From contig CBFHGD010000001.1 in NCBI GenBank assembly GCA_965655275.1, positions 1 through 53,452 of the forward strand: a stretch of DNA of 53,452 nucleotides, written 5' to 3'. The stretch comes from Octadecabacter sp. (lineage in GTDB: Bacteria; Pseudomonadota; Alphaproteobacteria; Rhodobacterales; Rhodobacteraceae). Every line of letters starts with the position of its first letter. The first letter of the stretch is position 1. The translations under genes were made by a program, and so were the position numbers. Below the pieces are notes generated by a model that worked only from the letters and a program-made list of their open reading frames with translations, searched no databases and was not told the DNA's origin. Of this stretch, positions 18,733 through 29,055 are shown in pieces.

Positions 18733-19887
18733 TTAAGGCCGTTCAATCGCAATTGCTGTGCCTTCGCCCCCACCGATGCAAATCGCGGCGACTCCGCGTT
18801 TCAGGTCGCGCGACTCTAAGGCATGGAGCAATGTGACAATGATACGCGCACCCGACGCGCCAATCGGGTGGCCCAGCGCGCAGGCACCGCCGTTGACGTT
18901 CACAATGTCGGCCGGAAGGTCCATCTGTGCCATGAACGCCATTGGCACCACAGCAAAGGCCTCGTTTACTTCCCATAGATCAACACTGCTCTTGGCCCAC
19001 CCGAGGTGGTCGAGTAGCTTGCGCGTGGCCGGCACTGGGGCCGTCGTGAACAACCCCGACGCTTGGGCATGACTGGCGTGACCACGGACATAGGCGCGCA
19101 CAGGCAGGTCAACTCCCGGTGCGCACAGGAGCAGGGCCGCCGCCCCGTCAGAAATGCTGGAACTGTTGGCGGCCGTCACCGTGCCACCTGCGCGGAACGC
19201 AGGTTTCAAAAGCGGTATCTTATCAGGGCGCGCGTTGGCAGGCTGCTCGTCCTGCGCCACAATCACATCACCACCGCGCGTGGCCGCCGTGACAGGCGCG
19301 ATTTCAGCATCAAAACCGCCAGCCTCCTGCGTGGTGCACGCGCGCGTCAATGACCGCAACGCGTAATCGTCCTGCGCGGCACGGCTAAACCCGTAGTGAT
19401 CCGCACAGTCCTCCGCAAATGTCCCCATGAGCCGCCCCTTGTCATAGGCGTCCTCCAGCCCATCCAGAAACATCGAATCCTTCACCGCCCCGTGCCCGAT
19501 TCGCGCACCGCTGCGCATCTTGGGCAACAGGTAGGGCGCATTCGTCATGCTCTCCATGCCGCCAACCAACATCGCCCCGGTATGACCCAGTGCAATCTGA
19601 TCAACCCCGATCATCGCCGCCTTCATCCCCGATCCGCACATCTTGTTCAGCGTCGTCGCAGGCACATCCTCGCCCAATCCCGCCAGAAACCCCGCCTGTC
19701 GCGCAGGCGCTTGGCCCTGTCCGGCGGGCAAGACGCAGCCCATCAGCACCTCGTCAACCTGGCCAAAACCGCCCAATGCCGCTTTCATTGCCACACCACC
19801 AAGCTGCGCGGCGGCTAAATCCGCAAACACCCCCTGAAACCCACCCATCGGCGTGCGCGCCGCGCCTGCAATCACCACATCTGTCAT
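18733..19887 (-). CDS. Acetyl-CoA C-acyltransferase (thiolase)
   Basis: ARTPMG, NKMCGSG, NEAFA, GHPIGASG, CIGGGEG. Confidence 0.96.
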   Translation of the reverse strand: MTDVVIAGAARTPMGGFQGVFADLAAAQLGGVAMKAALGGFGQVDEVLMGCVLPAGQGQAPARQAGFLAGLGEDVPATTLNKMCGSGMKAAMIGVDQIALGHTGAMLVGGMESMTNAPYLLPKMRSGARIGHGAVKDSMFLDGLEDAYDKGRLMGTFAEDCADHYGFSRAAQDDYALRSLTRACTTQEAGGFDAEIAPVTAATRGGDVIVAQDEQPANARPDKIPLLKPAFRAGGTVTAANSSSISDGAAALLLCAPGVDLPVRAYVRGHASHAQASGLFTTAPVPATRKLLDHLGWAKSSVDLWEVNEAFAVVPMAFMAQMDLPADIVNVNGGACALGHPIGASGARIIVTLLHALESRDLKRGVAAICIGGGEGTAIAIERP

Positions 19888-20106
19888 CTCAGCTTTCCCA
19901 ATCTGTTAAGCACGAAAAACCACAAAACCGCCTCAAAGTTTCCCTACCGTCACCCGAATCCAACTTCATAACCTGACTTGTAGCTGCATAGGCTCACCTC
20001 GGCGTTGCGTTAACAGCCCCCACCCAGTGCGCGACGTCGAGGACTTATGCTTCCCCCCAGCGAAAACGATGCTACCTTCTGACCCAATCTGGGACCAGAG
20101 GGCATC

Positions 20107-21684
20107 ATGCGCGACTTTCAGAAACCGGGCCGGTCGGCCGTCATCGCACAAAATGGTATCTGCGCCACGTCGCATCCATTGGCCGCGAAAGTGGCCGTTC
20201 AAATCCTTGAAGCAGGCGGCAACGCCATGGACGCCGCAATCGCGGGCGCGGTCCTGCTGGGTATTTGTGAACCACAATCCACGGGCATTGGCGGCGACGC
20301 GTTCTGCCTGTTTAACCTGCCGGGCTCCGACGACGTCCACGCGATGAACGCCTCGGGGCGGGCACCCGCGGCATTGGACGCGGCCCAACTGCGCGCCGAC
20401 GGGATGGACGTGCTGCCGCTCACATCCGTTCACGCCATCAGCCTGCCGGGTGCGATGGACGGGTTCATCAAGCTGGCCACGGACCTTGGCGAACTCGGCC
20501 TCAAGGCAATCCTTGCACCTGCAATCCATTACGCGGACGCAGGCGTGCCGATCGCGCCTAAGGTGGCCTTTGATTACGCGCAATCAGGCAGCACCCTGCA
20601 CGGCCCAGGACGCACCCATTTCACCCTTCAGGACAAACCCCTTGAAGTCGGTCAGATATTCCGCGCGCCAGGTCAGGCGGATATTTTACGCCGTGTCGCC
20701 ATGGACGGTCGCGCCGGATTTTATGAGGGCGAAGTGGCTGAGGACATGGTCGCCTCCCTTTCGGCGGCAGGCGGCACCCACACGCTCGACGACTTCGCCA
20801 AGGTCCGCGCCGACTACACTGACCCCGTGTCCGGCACCTATAAGGATATTGAACTGGTCGAACATCCACCCAATGGCCAAGGCGCGACTGCCATCCTTAT
20901 GCTCAACATCCTTAAACACTTTAACATCGCAGGGCTGGACCCGATGGGCGCGCAGCGCGCCCACTTCGAAGCCGAGGCGTCAAAACTCGCCTACGACACC
21001 CGCAATCGCGTCATCGCTGATCCCGATCACACCGCGCGGCTCGACCATATGCTAAGCGCGGAAACAGCCGCCAGACTCGCCGCGCTTGTCGACCCTGACA
21101 GAGCGCTCGCCCCGTCCTTGCCCGGGGCCGAAGCCGTACACAAAGACACAGTCTATATCACCGTGGTCGACAAGAATCGCATGTGTGTGTCGATGATCTA
21201 TTCCATTTTCCACTCCTTCGGCTCGGGCCTCGCGTCCGACAAGTTCGGCGTGCTGTTCCAGAACCGCGCCGCGGGCTTCACGCTGGAACATGGCCACCCG
21301 AACGAAGCCGGCGGCAACAAACGCCCCATGCATACGATCATCCCCGGCATGATCAAACGCGGCGGCAAGATCGAAATGCCCTTCGGCGTAATGGGGGGGG
21401 CCTACCAGCCTTGTGGCCACGCGCGGTTTGTAATGAACATGGAAGATTTCGGAATGGACGCCCAGTCGGCCATCGACGCGCCCCGCTGCTTTGCGGATGG
21501 CGACGTGTTGAACGTCGAAACCAGCTATGGCGACGATGTTGCGCAGAGCCTTGCGGACAAAGGCCATAACGTCCAGCGCGCCAAGACGCCCATCGGTGGC
21601 GCTCAGGCAATCCGGCTGCGCGATGACGGGATGCTGGAGGGCGCGTCAGACCCGCGCAAGGATGGGATAGCCCTTGGATATTAA
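20107..21684 (+). CDS. ggt: Gamma-glutamyltransferase family protein
   Basis: GGNAMDAAIA, GIGGDAF, autocleavage Thr in KDTVYITVVD, KRPMHTIIP, GVMGG, DPRKDG. Confidence 0.94.
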   Translation: MRDFQKPGRSAVIAQNGICATSHPLAAKVAVQILEAGGNAMDAAIAGAVLLGICEPQSTGIGGDAFCLFNLPGSDDVHAMNASGRAPAALDAAQLRADGMDVLPLTSVHAISLPGAMDGFIKLATDLGELGLKAILAPAIHYADAGVPIAPKVAFDYAQSGSTLHGPGRTHFTLQDKPLEVGQIFRAPGQADILRRVAMDGRAGFYEGEVAEDMVASLSAAGGTHTLDDFAKVRADYTDPVSGTYKDIELVEHPPNGQGATAILMLNILKHFNIAGLDPMGAQRAHFEAEASKLAYDTRNRVIADPDHTARLDHMLSAETAARLAALVDPDRALAPSLPGAEAVHKDTVYITVVDKNRMCVSMIYSIFHSFGSGLASDKFGVLFQNRAAGFTLEHGHPNEAGGNKRPMHTIIPGMIKRGGKIEMPFGVMGGAYQPCGHARFVMNMEDFGMDAQSAIDAPRCFADGDVLNVETSYGDDVAQSLADKGHNVQRAKTPIGGAQAIRLRDDGMLEGASDPRKDGIALGY

Positions 21685-21880
21685 TGCACTGGTCAAACGC
21701 CTCGCCCGAACAGGGGGACTCGCCTTCATGATCGCGGGGGGCGTCTTGTGCGGGCAGGCCGTGGGCAACGCATTTGATGGCGTGGCTGATGCAACATTGG
21801 ACGCAGCAATCTACGCCGCGATGTTCAGCTTCGGGGGAATGTTGTTCTTTTGGTCAAGGCGACCACCGCCAGATCCGTAG
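21674..21880 (+). CDS. Putative small two-helix membrane protein
   Basis: 68 aa, TTG start overlapping the ggt end, two hydrophobic stretches; fills an otherwise empty gap. Confidence 0.45.
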   Translation: MDINALVKRLARTGGLAFMIAGGVLCGQAVGNAFDGVADATLDAAIYAAMFSFGGMLFFWSRRPPPDP

Positions 21881-21916
21881 GATCAGTGATACACGCCAGC
21901 CCCGCTTGAGTGGACC

Positions 21917-22243
21917 CTAGTTCAACTGGAAATGCAGCGGATATTGACCATCCTGAAATGGACCAAAAAGATCGTCCAGATCGGGGTGGTCAACCGGCTG
22001 GCCTGAATAGTCAGCCACCAGGTTTTGCTCGCTCACATACGCGACGTAATAGCTTTGGTCATTCTCGGCCAACAGGTGATAAAACGGCTGGTCTTTCGCA
22101 GGCCGCGCCTCCTCGGGAATAGCCTCATACCAATCGTCGGTATTGGCAAACATCGCATCCACATCAAACACCACGCCGCGGAACGGGTGTTTGCGATGAC
22201 GGACGACTTGGCCCAAATGATATTTCGCGCGTGTTTTCAACAT
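21917..22243 (-). CDS. hspQ: Heat shock protein HspQ
   Basis: AKYHLGQVVRHRKHPFRGVVFDVD, QPFYHLLAEN, YVSEQNL. Confidence 0.95.
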   Translation of the reverse strand: MLKTRAKYHLGQVVRHRKHPFRGVVFDVDAMFANTDDWYEAIPEEARPAKDQPFYHLLAENDQSYYVAYVSEQNLVADYSGQPVDHPDLDDLFGPFQDGQYPLHFQLN

Positions 22244-22326
22244 GGTTGTTCAGCCCTTTGAGGGTTACTAGACAATTCCGGCCACATGAGTCCATGCAGT
22301 CAGGGCAAAAAATAAGGAAACAAACT

Positions 22327-23208
22327 GTGCACCTCGCTCTGACAGTTCTTGAAATCACCGCACCCGTGTTCCTGCTCGCCGCTGTCGGATTTATCTGGGT
22401 GAAACTTGGATACGAATACCGCGTTGAATTCGTTACACGTTTCGCGATGACCCTGTCGGTGCCCTGTCTGATCTTCACGGCCCTGATGGGCACACAGATT
22501 GACGCCACGGCACTTGCCACACTCTCCCTCGCCAGTCTGGCCGCTTACACTGTGGTCACATTTGTCATGTGGCTGTTGGTCATCGTCGGGCGGCTGGATC
22601 GGCGTACCTTCCTTGCGCCGCTGATCTTCGGAAATACCGGCAATCTTGGTCTGCCGCTTGCTCTGTTTGCCTTCGGGGACGTGGGCTTGGGCTATGCCGT
22701 CGTCGTGTTCGCGGTCATGGCAATCCTCAGCTTTACCTTTGGCATCTGGCTGGTGTCAGACGGGGGATCACTCACCAAGGTCATCAAGGAGCCGCTGGTC
22801 GCAGCAACCTTGTTGGGTGCGCTGTTCTTATGGCAAGGATGGCAAACACCCACATTTTTGACCAACACATTAGAACTTATCGGACAAATGGCCATTCCGA
22901 TGATGCTTATCACGCTTGGCGTCGCCGTGGCCCGTCTGAAACCCGATTCCCTAGGTCTCGCAACGCAATTGTCAGCCCTGAAATACGCCATCTGCGCCGG
23001 CGGGGCAGCAGCAGTAGGGGTCTGGTTCGGCCTCGAACCTGTCGCGCTCGCCGTGCTGATCGTGCAGGTTGCAACCCCGGTCGCTGTGACATCCTACCTG
23101 CTGGCAGAGAAATACGGCGCTGATGCCGACAGCGTCGCGGGGCTCGTCGTGGTTTCGACCCTGATGTCAGTGATCACTTTACCGCTCATCCTCGCGTTTG
23201 TGATCTAA
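22327..23208 (+). CDS. AEC (auxin efflux carrier) family transporter
   Basis: GTG start behind AGGA; PCLIF, FGNTGNLGLP, TPVAVTSYLLAEKY; about 10 TM segments. Confidence 0.9.
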   Translation: MHLALTVLEITAPVFLLAAVGFIWVKLGYEYRVEFVTRFAMTLSVPCLIFTALMGTQIDATALATLSLASLAAYTVVTFVMWLLVIVGRLDRRTFLAPLIFGNTGNLGLPLALFAFGDVGLGYAVVVFAVMAILSFTFGIWLVSDGGSLTKVIKEPLVAATLLGALFLWQGWQTPTFLTNTLELIGQMAIPMMLITLGVAVARLKPDSLGLATQLSALKYAICAGGAAAVGVWFGLEPVALAVLIVQVATPVAVTSYLLAEKYGADADSVAGLVVVSTLMSVITLPLILAFVI

Positions 23209-23289
23209 ATGCCTTGTTAAACCGGTTCACAGACGGGCCAAACCACGCTAGAATAACGCTAATAAATATAAAAAATGAGCGAGAGGCAG

Positions 23290-23877
23290 ATGAGCAAATT
23301 CTTCCGCGCCGCCCTGTTATTGTTGATCTTGGGAAGCTGCGGCGCCCGAGACGCATCAGCGCCGCGCAATCTAGACAACGCCTGTTCGATCCTGACGGAA
23401 CGCCCGCAGTATGTGCGCGCCTTCAAACAGGCCGAGCGTCAATGGGGTGTAGAAACCCACGTCCTGATGGCTATGATCTATCAAGAAAGCAAATTCATTG
23501 CGAACAACCGCCCACCGCACGTCTACGCGCTGGGTGTGATCCCGACAGGACGGCAATCGTCCGCGCTGGGATACAGTCAGGCGCTTGATGGCACCTGGGA
23601 AGAATACGTCGACCAGCGCGGTGGTCGTGGGTCTGATCGCACGGACATCATGGATGCCGCCGATTTCATGGGTTGGTATATGACAGCGACAGTGCGCGAA
23701 AACGGAATTCCACTGAACGATACCTATAACCAGTATCTGGCCTATCACGATGGGCGCACAGGGTGGCGTCGTGGCACCTACCGTTCAAAGCCTTGGCTTG
23801 TACGTATCGCCGGTGAGGTCAGGGACCGCGCCGTCATGTATGACGCGCAACTGCGCTCTTGTCGCACCTTTCGTTAA
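23290..23877 (+). CDS. Lytic transglycosylase (SLT-like) lipoprotein
   Basis: Lipobox LGSC; MIYQESKF catalytic Glu, SSALGYSQAL, YLAYHDG. Confidence 0.88.
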   Translation: MSKFFRAALLLLILGSCGARDASAPRNLDNACSILTERPQYVRAFKQAERQWGVETHVLMAMIYQESKFIANNRPPHVYALGVIPTGRQSSALGYSQALDGTWEEYVDQRGGRGSDRTDIMDAADFMGWYMTATVRENGIPLNDTYNQYLAYHDGRTGWRRGTYRSKPWLVRIAGEVRDRAVMYDAQLRSCRTFR

Positions 23878-23888
23878 GGTCAACACGG

Positions 23889-23932
23889 CCACCCCACCCT
23901 ACGCGTGATCCGTAGGGTGGGTGAAACCCGCC
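23889..23932. repeat. GTAG-type REP doublet (inverted pair)
   Basis: GTAG-GGTGGGT-GAA-ACCCGCC at 23912-23932 preceded by an inverted partial copy CCACCCCACCCTAC (23889-23902), between convergent genes. Confidence 0.6.
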
Positions 23933-23943
23933 ACCACCTGATC

Positions 23944-24561
23944 CTAGTTCCCCCAATTGCGCATCTCGCGCTGGATGTTGAACAGGATGTCGGGCGTATT
24001 TCGATCTTTCAGCAAATCCCCCAAAATCACGGTTGTCTGCTGTCCCGTGTCATCGGTCACAATCCACTGGCGCAACTCGGCGGGGGAAGACGTGTAGACC
24101 ATCTGGATATTGCCATATTCGGGGTGTTCCGGGTCCTGCGCCGTCACGGTCGTGGTCGTTCCGTCGCTGGTGTGCCCCGTCACCATATTGCTGCGCGTCA
24201 GGTCAACGTTGCGTTCAAGGATAATTTTCAAAGGAGTTTGCGCCAGTGGGTAGCGGTCTGGCCCCGAGTCCGAGCGCGGATCAAAGATCGCCACCTGACC
24301 GCCGCCAACAACAACCAAAGACTCTTCGGGCGGGTTATACTCAAACCGGATACGCCCCGGCCGCTTGATGTAGATCGTCCCCGTAGAGATCGTCCCATCC
24401 GCATTGATTTGCGTGAACTCGCCCTGCGCGCTGGTAAACGAATTAAGATAGCCGGACACCTGACCAAGCGACAATTGCTGGGCAAGCGACGGTGTGGCAG
24501 CAAACCCTGCAAGCGCGAGGGGCACAGCCAAAAGACAAAGACGTCGTGTTATCTGGTTCAT
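23944..24561 (-). CDS. lolA: Outer-membrane lipoprotein carrier LolA
   Basis: Signal peptide, GEFTQ, IKRPGRIRFEY, TPL; downstream of ftsK. Confidence 0.92.
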   Translation of the reverse strand: MNQITRRLCLLAVPLALAGFAATPSLAQQLSLGQVSGYLNSFTSAQGEFTQINADGTISTGTIYIKRPGRIRFEYNPPEESLVVVGGGQVAIFDPRSDSGPDRYPLAQTPLKIILERNVDLTRSNMVTGHTSDGTTTTVTAQDPEHPEYGNIQMVYTSSPAELRQWIVTDDTGQQTTVILGDLLKDRNTPDILFNIQREMRNWGN

Positions 24562-24633
24562 AAATCATACCTAATCAGACGCGGCGCACTTTGCACCCGC
24601 AACATGGATCAAACATGGGGCAAACTGCGTTGC

Positions 24634-24664
24634 TAGGCGATATCACGCCGGATGATATCGCCTA
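24634..24664. other. Perfect 12-bp hairpin between ftsK and lolA
   Basis: TAGGCGATATCA-CGCCGGA-TGATATCGCCTA, no U-tract. Confidence 0.6.
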
Positions 24665-24712
24665 ACGCACTGTTGTTTTTAAGGGCTGGGCGTCCAGAAA
24701 CGACCGTCGCAG

Positions 24713-27700
24713 CTACTGGCGTTCGGGGATCAGAATTTCGCGTTTGCCCACGTGGTTTGCCGCCGACACGATGCCTTCGTCTTCCATCTGTTCGACCAAG
24801 CGCGCAGCCTTGTTATACCCGATTGCCAGTTTGCGCTGGATATAACTGGTCGAGCATTTCCGATCCTTCGCAACAATCGCGACCGCCGTGTCATACAGCG
24901 CATCTTCACCATCCGTATTGCCGCCCAAGCCAAGCACCTGATCGATGCTGTTTTCCAGATCTTCGGGCGGGCCTTCGACAACGCCGGATTTGTATTCCGG
25001 CGGGCCATAGGCCTTCAGATAGGTCACAATCTCCTCGACTTCTTCGTCGCTACAGAACGGGCCGTGCACACGGGTAATCTTTGATCCACCTGCCATATAC
25101 AGCATGTCACCCATGCCCAGCAGTTGCTCTGCGCCCTGCTCACCCAAAATGGTGCGCGAGTCGATCTTGGACGTCACCTGAAACGAAATCCGCGTCGGGA
25201 AGTTCGCTTTGATCGTGCCGGTGATCACATCCACCGACGGGCGCTGCGTCGCCATGATCAAGTGAATACCCGATGCCCGCGCCATCTGCGCAAGCCGCTG
25301 GATGCAGGCTTCGATTTCCTTGCCCGCAACCATCATCAGATCTGCCATCTCGTCCACGATCACGACAATGTAGGGCAGTACTTCGGGCGCAAATTCATCC
25401 GTCTCGAAAATCGGCTCACCCGTGTCGTCATCAAACCCTGTCTGCACCGTGCGGCTGAACATTTCACCCTTGGCGAGCGCTTCTTTGACGCGGCCATTAT
25501 AGCCATCAATATTGCGAACACCCATTTTGGACATCTTGCGATAGCGTTCTTCCATCTCGCCCACGGTCCATTTCAGCGCGACGACCGCCTTCTTCGGGTC
25601 TGTCACCACGGGGCTCAACAAATGCGGGATGCCGTCATAAACTGAAAGTTCCAGCATTTTGGGGTCAATCATGATCATCCGGCATTCTTCCGGTGTCAGC
25701 TTATAAAGCAGTGACAAGATCATTGTGTTGATCGCCACAGATTTACCGGACCCCGTCGTTCCCGCGATCAACAGGTGAGGCATCTTTGACAGGTTCGCGA
25801 TGATCGGCTCTCCGCCAATATCCTTACCCAGCGCCAGCGGCAGCTTCATGTTGCTATCGCCAAAATCACGCGCGCTCAGCATTTCACGCAGCACAACCAT
25901 TTCGCGATTCTCGTTCGGCAATTCGATTCCAATCACCGAGCGACCGGGCACTGTGGACACACGCGCTGACAGCGCGGACATGGAACGCGCGATATCATCC
26001 GCCAGACCGATCACACGCGACGCTTTCAAACCGGGGGCCGGCTCAAGCTCGTACATCGTGACAACGGGGCCGGGGCGCACCGAAACAATCTCGCCTTTGA
26101 CACCATAGTCATCCAGCACATTTTCCAGCATCCGCGCGTTTTCTTCCAATGCTTCGTCGGACAGAACGTGGCGGGTGACTTCCGCGGGCGAGGCAAGCAG
26201 GCCCAGCGGTGGAACCTCATATGCAGGGCGTTTGTCCTCGAACTTGAGCGCGGGCTGCGCCTCGGCTTGCGCCTGTCGTGACGGCTGAACAGCTTTGCGC
26301 GGCGGGTGCTGAACAACTGCTTTCGCCTCCGGCACTGCGGAGCGCGGCGTTGGGACAAATGCGGCCGCCGGTGTTTCTAGGGGCGCACTGTCCGCTGCAA
26401 TATACTCCATCGATTGCGGTGTATAATCCTCAACAAACTCCGCCATGGGCGCCTCTATCAGCGCCGTGGACTCGCCCGGAACACCGCCCGCCATGTCCAA
26501 CGCGGCCTTCTGCTGCGTATTCAACAGCAACGGGCGCGGACCTGTCTGCCGTTCCACCTGCGGCTCGGCGCGTGCCGACATCTGCGGCTCCAGCCGGCTG
26601 GCAATCGCCGCTGTGATCGCGGGGTTCACACCCGGTTTCGTGGCGATCTGCACCTCTTGTGGCTCACCGCTGCGGCTGCGCACTGCATTCGCGATCCGCG
26701 CTGAAATGCGGTCCCTATCCGCCAAAGGCACATCACCTTGCATGCTTGGTTCTTCGACCAGCTCGGGTTCCGGCATCGAGTCACTGCGTTTCAACAATGA
26801 TGCAAACAATCCCGGCTTTTGCTCCGGCTCCGCTACACGAACAGGTGCGGCCAAAGGCGCGGGTGCGCCATAGCCCATCGGCTCGCCGCTCTCCTCGATC
26901 GGGTCAAAATCTTCATAGCGCGTGGGCATTGCAGGGTTTGCACGCACCACGGCGGCAACACGTGCATGTTCTTCGGCGTTGCTTGGCGCCGGCACAGCGC
27001 GCGCAGCAGCCAGTTCTGCCTCACATTCCGCCTTTTCCTGACGTGACAGCTCACGGCGTTCCTGCACCTTCGTGCCCAACGCCTGCGCGCCCTTGTAAGA
27101 CGCAGACGCCGTTTGCCCGAGCAGTTTAAGCACGCCGGAATAGGCCACAATCACGCCCACCAGCAAGAACCGTCCCAACTTGCGCAGTTCATACATCGTG
27201 AAGCCAAGCGCAAACGCCATCAGCGCCACAACACCAAGACCCATCACGAACGACACCAATTTGGCGCTGAACGTCAAGCCAAACGGCAGGATCGTCAAAA
27301 GGATCCCCAACGCCTGATCACCAAAATGCCCGCCAAGCCCGAAACTTTCGTCCCAGTTGGCACTCGTCGGCAGGGTGGACGCATAAATCGCGGTCACGGC
27401 AATCGCGATCGGCGCAAAAACCATCCGGCCGAACACCCGCTCCTGCCCGCGGTGAAGCGTAAACCGCAGCCCCCACGCCATCAGCACAATCGGCAACATC
27501 CAGCTCGCATAGCCAACGATCATGAACAGCACCGCGGCAAACGACGCACCTGGCCGACCCAGCCAGTTCTGAACCGGGGCATCCGTGGCGGACATGAAAT
27601 TCGGGTCCTCCGGCGCATAGGACCAGAGCATCACCGCCACCATCAAACCGACCACAAACAGCCCGATACCGATCAGCTCGCGTCCGCGTTTTTCAATCGC

Positions 27701-27757
27701 GGCCTGCGTTGTGCTGTCCAGCAGCGGATCTCTCTGTCGGGTTTGGTATGAAGCCAT
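24713..27757 (-). CDS. ftsK: DNA translocase FtsK
   Basis: N-terminal TM domain, long linker, Walker [24 protein letters not shown], gamma domain [14 protein letters not shown]. Confidence 0.98.
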   Translation of the reverse strand: MASYQTRQRDPLLDSTTQAAIEKRGRELIGIGLFVVGLMVAVMLWSYAPEDPNFMSATDAPVQNWLGRPGASFAAVLFMIVGYASWMLPIVLMAWGLRFTLHRGQERVFGRMVFAPIAIAVTAIYASTLPTSANWDESFGLGGHFGDQALGILLTILPFGLTFSAKLVSFVMGLGVVALMAFALGFTMYELRKLGRFLLVGVIVAYSGVLKLLGQTASASYKGAQALGTKVQERRELSRQEKAECEAELAAARAVPAPSNAEEHARVAAVVRANPAMPTRYEDFDPIEESGEPMGYGAPAPLAAPVRVAEPEQKPGLFASLLKRSDSMPEPELVEEPSMQGDVPLADRDRISARIANAVRSRSGEPQEVQIATKPGVNPAITAAIASRLEPQMSARAEPQVERQTGPRPLLLNTQQKAALDMAGGVPGESTALIEAPMAEFVEDYTPQSMEYIAADSAPLETPAAAFVPTPRSAVPEAKAVVQHPPRKAVQPSRQAQAEAQPALKFEDKRPAYEVPPLGLLASPAEVTRHVLSDEALEENARMLENVLDDYGVKGEIVSVRPGPVVTMYELEPAPGLKASRVIGLADDIARSMSALSARVSTVPGRSVIGIELPNENREMVVLREMLSARDFGDSNMKLPLALGKDIGGEPIIANLSKMPHLLIAGTTGSGKSVAINTMILSLLYKLTPEECRMIMIDPKMLELSVYDGIPHLLSPVVTDPKKAVVALKWTVGEMEERYRKMSKMGVRNIDGYNGRVKEALAKGEMFSRTVQTGFDDDTGEPIFETDEFAPEVLPYIVVIVDEMADLMMVAGKEIEACIQRLAQMARASGIHLIMATQRPSVDVITGTIKANFPTRISFQVTSKIDSRTILGEQGAEQLLGMGDMLYMAGGSKITRVHGPFCSDEEVEEIVTYLKAYGPPEYKSGVVEGPPEDLENSIDQVLGLGGNTDGEDALYDTAVAIVAKDRKCSTSYIQRKLAIGYNKAARLVEQMEDEGIVSAANHVGKREILIPERQ

Positions 27758-27768
27758 TTTGTCGTTCC

Positions 27769-28947
27769 TCACGTGTACAAACAGTCGCGGATCAGGGTCA
27801 GACCCCGCTGCGTTTCTTCTCTTGGGGCGACAAGGGCCACCCGGATATAACTTGCGCCTGGATCACCCGCAGGATCGGGGCGGCTCAGGTAAGCGCCGGG
27901 CAATACCCGCACGCCGGTTTTTTGCCACAGCTTCAGCGCTGCAGTCTCCCCGTCCTCGACCGCAAGCCACAGGAAAAATCCGGCCTCGGGAGAACGGTAG
28001 CTGTTGACGCCTGCGAAGATCGCATCGGCATCATCAAACTTTGCGCGATACAGGTCGCGATTCTCAGTCACATGGTCCTCATCGGACCAAACCCGCTCGG
28101 ACACACGCTGGATCGGCATCGGTACGGGCGCACCGGCATAGGCGCGCAACTGGCGCATTTCCTTGGTGTTCCTTGGACCGCTGGCCACGAACCCGGACCG
28201 CAGACCAGGCAGGTTGCTGCGCTTTGACAACGAATGAAACACTACAACGCGTTCAGGGTCACAGCCCGTATCAGCAACTGCTTCAAGCGCGCCCATGGGC
28301 GGCGCGTCACGGTAAATTTCGCTGTAGCACTCATCGGCAAAAATCTTGAAATCGTGCTTTTCTGCTAGCGCGATAAGGCTCCGCCAGTATTCACGGGTGG
28401 CAACGGCCCCCTGCGGATTCGCGGGCGAACAGATGTAAGCAATCGTCGTGCGGTCCAAAACATCCGTGGGCAGAGCAGCGTAATCCGGCAAATGCCCTGT
28501 TTCGGCGGTTGCGGGCACCATCACCGGCTCGGCATTCACCGACAAAGCTGCAATCGCATAGACCTGATAAAACGGGTTGGGCAACAACACGACGGGCTGC
28601 TTTCCGTTCTTCATCTCGGGGCTCAGCGCCATCGCCGCGTTGTATAACCCTTCGCGCGTGCCGTTCAAAACCATCACACAATCCGGCGTGATATCCACGC
28701 GGTAACGTCGTGTGACCCAGCCACAAATTGCTGCCAACAGTTCTGGCGAGCCTTCATTTGTGGGGTATTTCGCAAATTCAGCCGACGCCGCCGCCAACAC
28801 ATCAGGCACAAAGGCAGGGAATGGATGGCGCGGCTCGCCAATGGTCATGTTGACAGTCTCGCCGCCCCCATCATGGACGTCGAGTAAAGCGCGCAAGCGC
28901 GGCCACGCATAGGCCGGTAGGTTCGAAAACCGCTCGGGGTACGTCAT
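27769..28947 (-). CDS. Class I/II PLP aminotransferase (DapC-like)
   Basis: [32 protein letters not shown]. Confidence 0.9.
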   Translation of the reverse strand: MTYPERFSNLPAYAWPRLRALLDVHDGGGETVNMTIGEPRHPFPAFVPDVLAAASAEFAKYPTNEGSPELLAAICGWVTRRYRVDITPDCVMVLNGTREGLYNAAMALSPEMKNGKQPVVLLPNPFYQVYAIAALSVNAEPVMVPATAETGHLPDYAALPTDVLDRTTIAYICSPANPQGAVATREYWRSLIALAEKHDFKIFADECYSEIYRDAPPMGALEAVADTGCDPERVVVFHSLSKRSNLPGLRSGFVASGPRNTKEMRQLRAYAGAPVPMPIQRVSERVWSDEDHVTENRDLYRAKFDDADAIFAGVNSYRSPEAGFFLWLAVEDGETAALKLWQKTGVRVLPGAYLSRPDPAGDPGASYIRVALVAPREETQRGLTLIRDCLYT

Positions 28948-29055
28948 TACTGCCTCAAACTACGGCCTCATTAACGGGCCGCTTTTGTTTAAAATAGCCT
29001 GACGGCACGCCCACTGTCCAGAAAAAGGACGCGTTGCCCGTGACTTGTGTGGCTT

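Noticed and set aside
23215-23232. Possible CtrA box upstream of the transglycosylase gene
   Set aside because: TTAA-ACCGG-TTCA does not fit TTAA-N7-TTAA
26220-27100. Long Ala/Pro/Glu-rich region in FtsK as a possible insertion
   Set aside because: Ordinary variable FtsK linker
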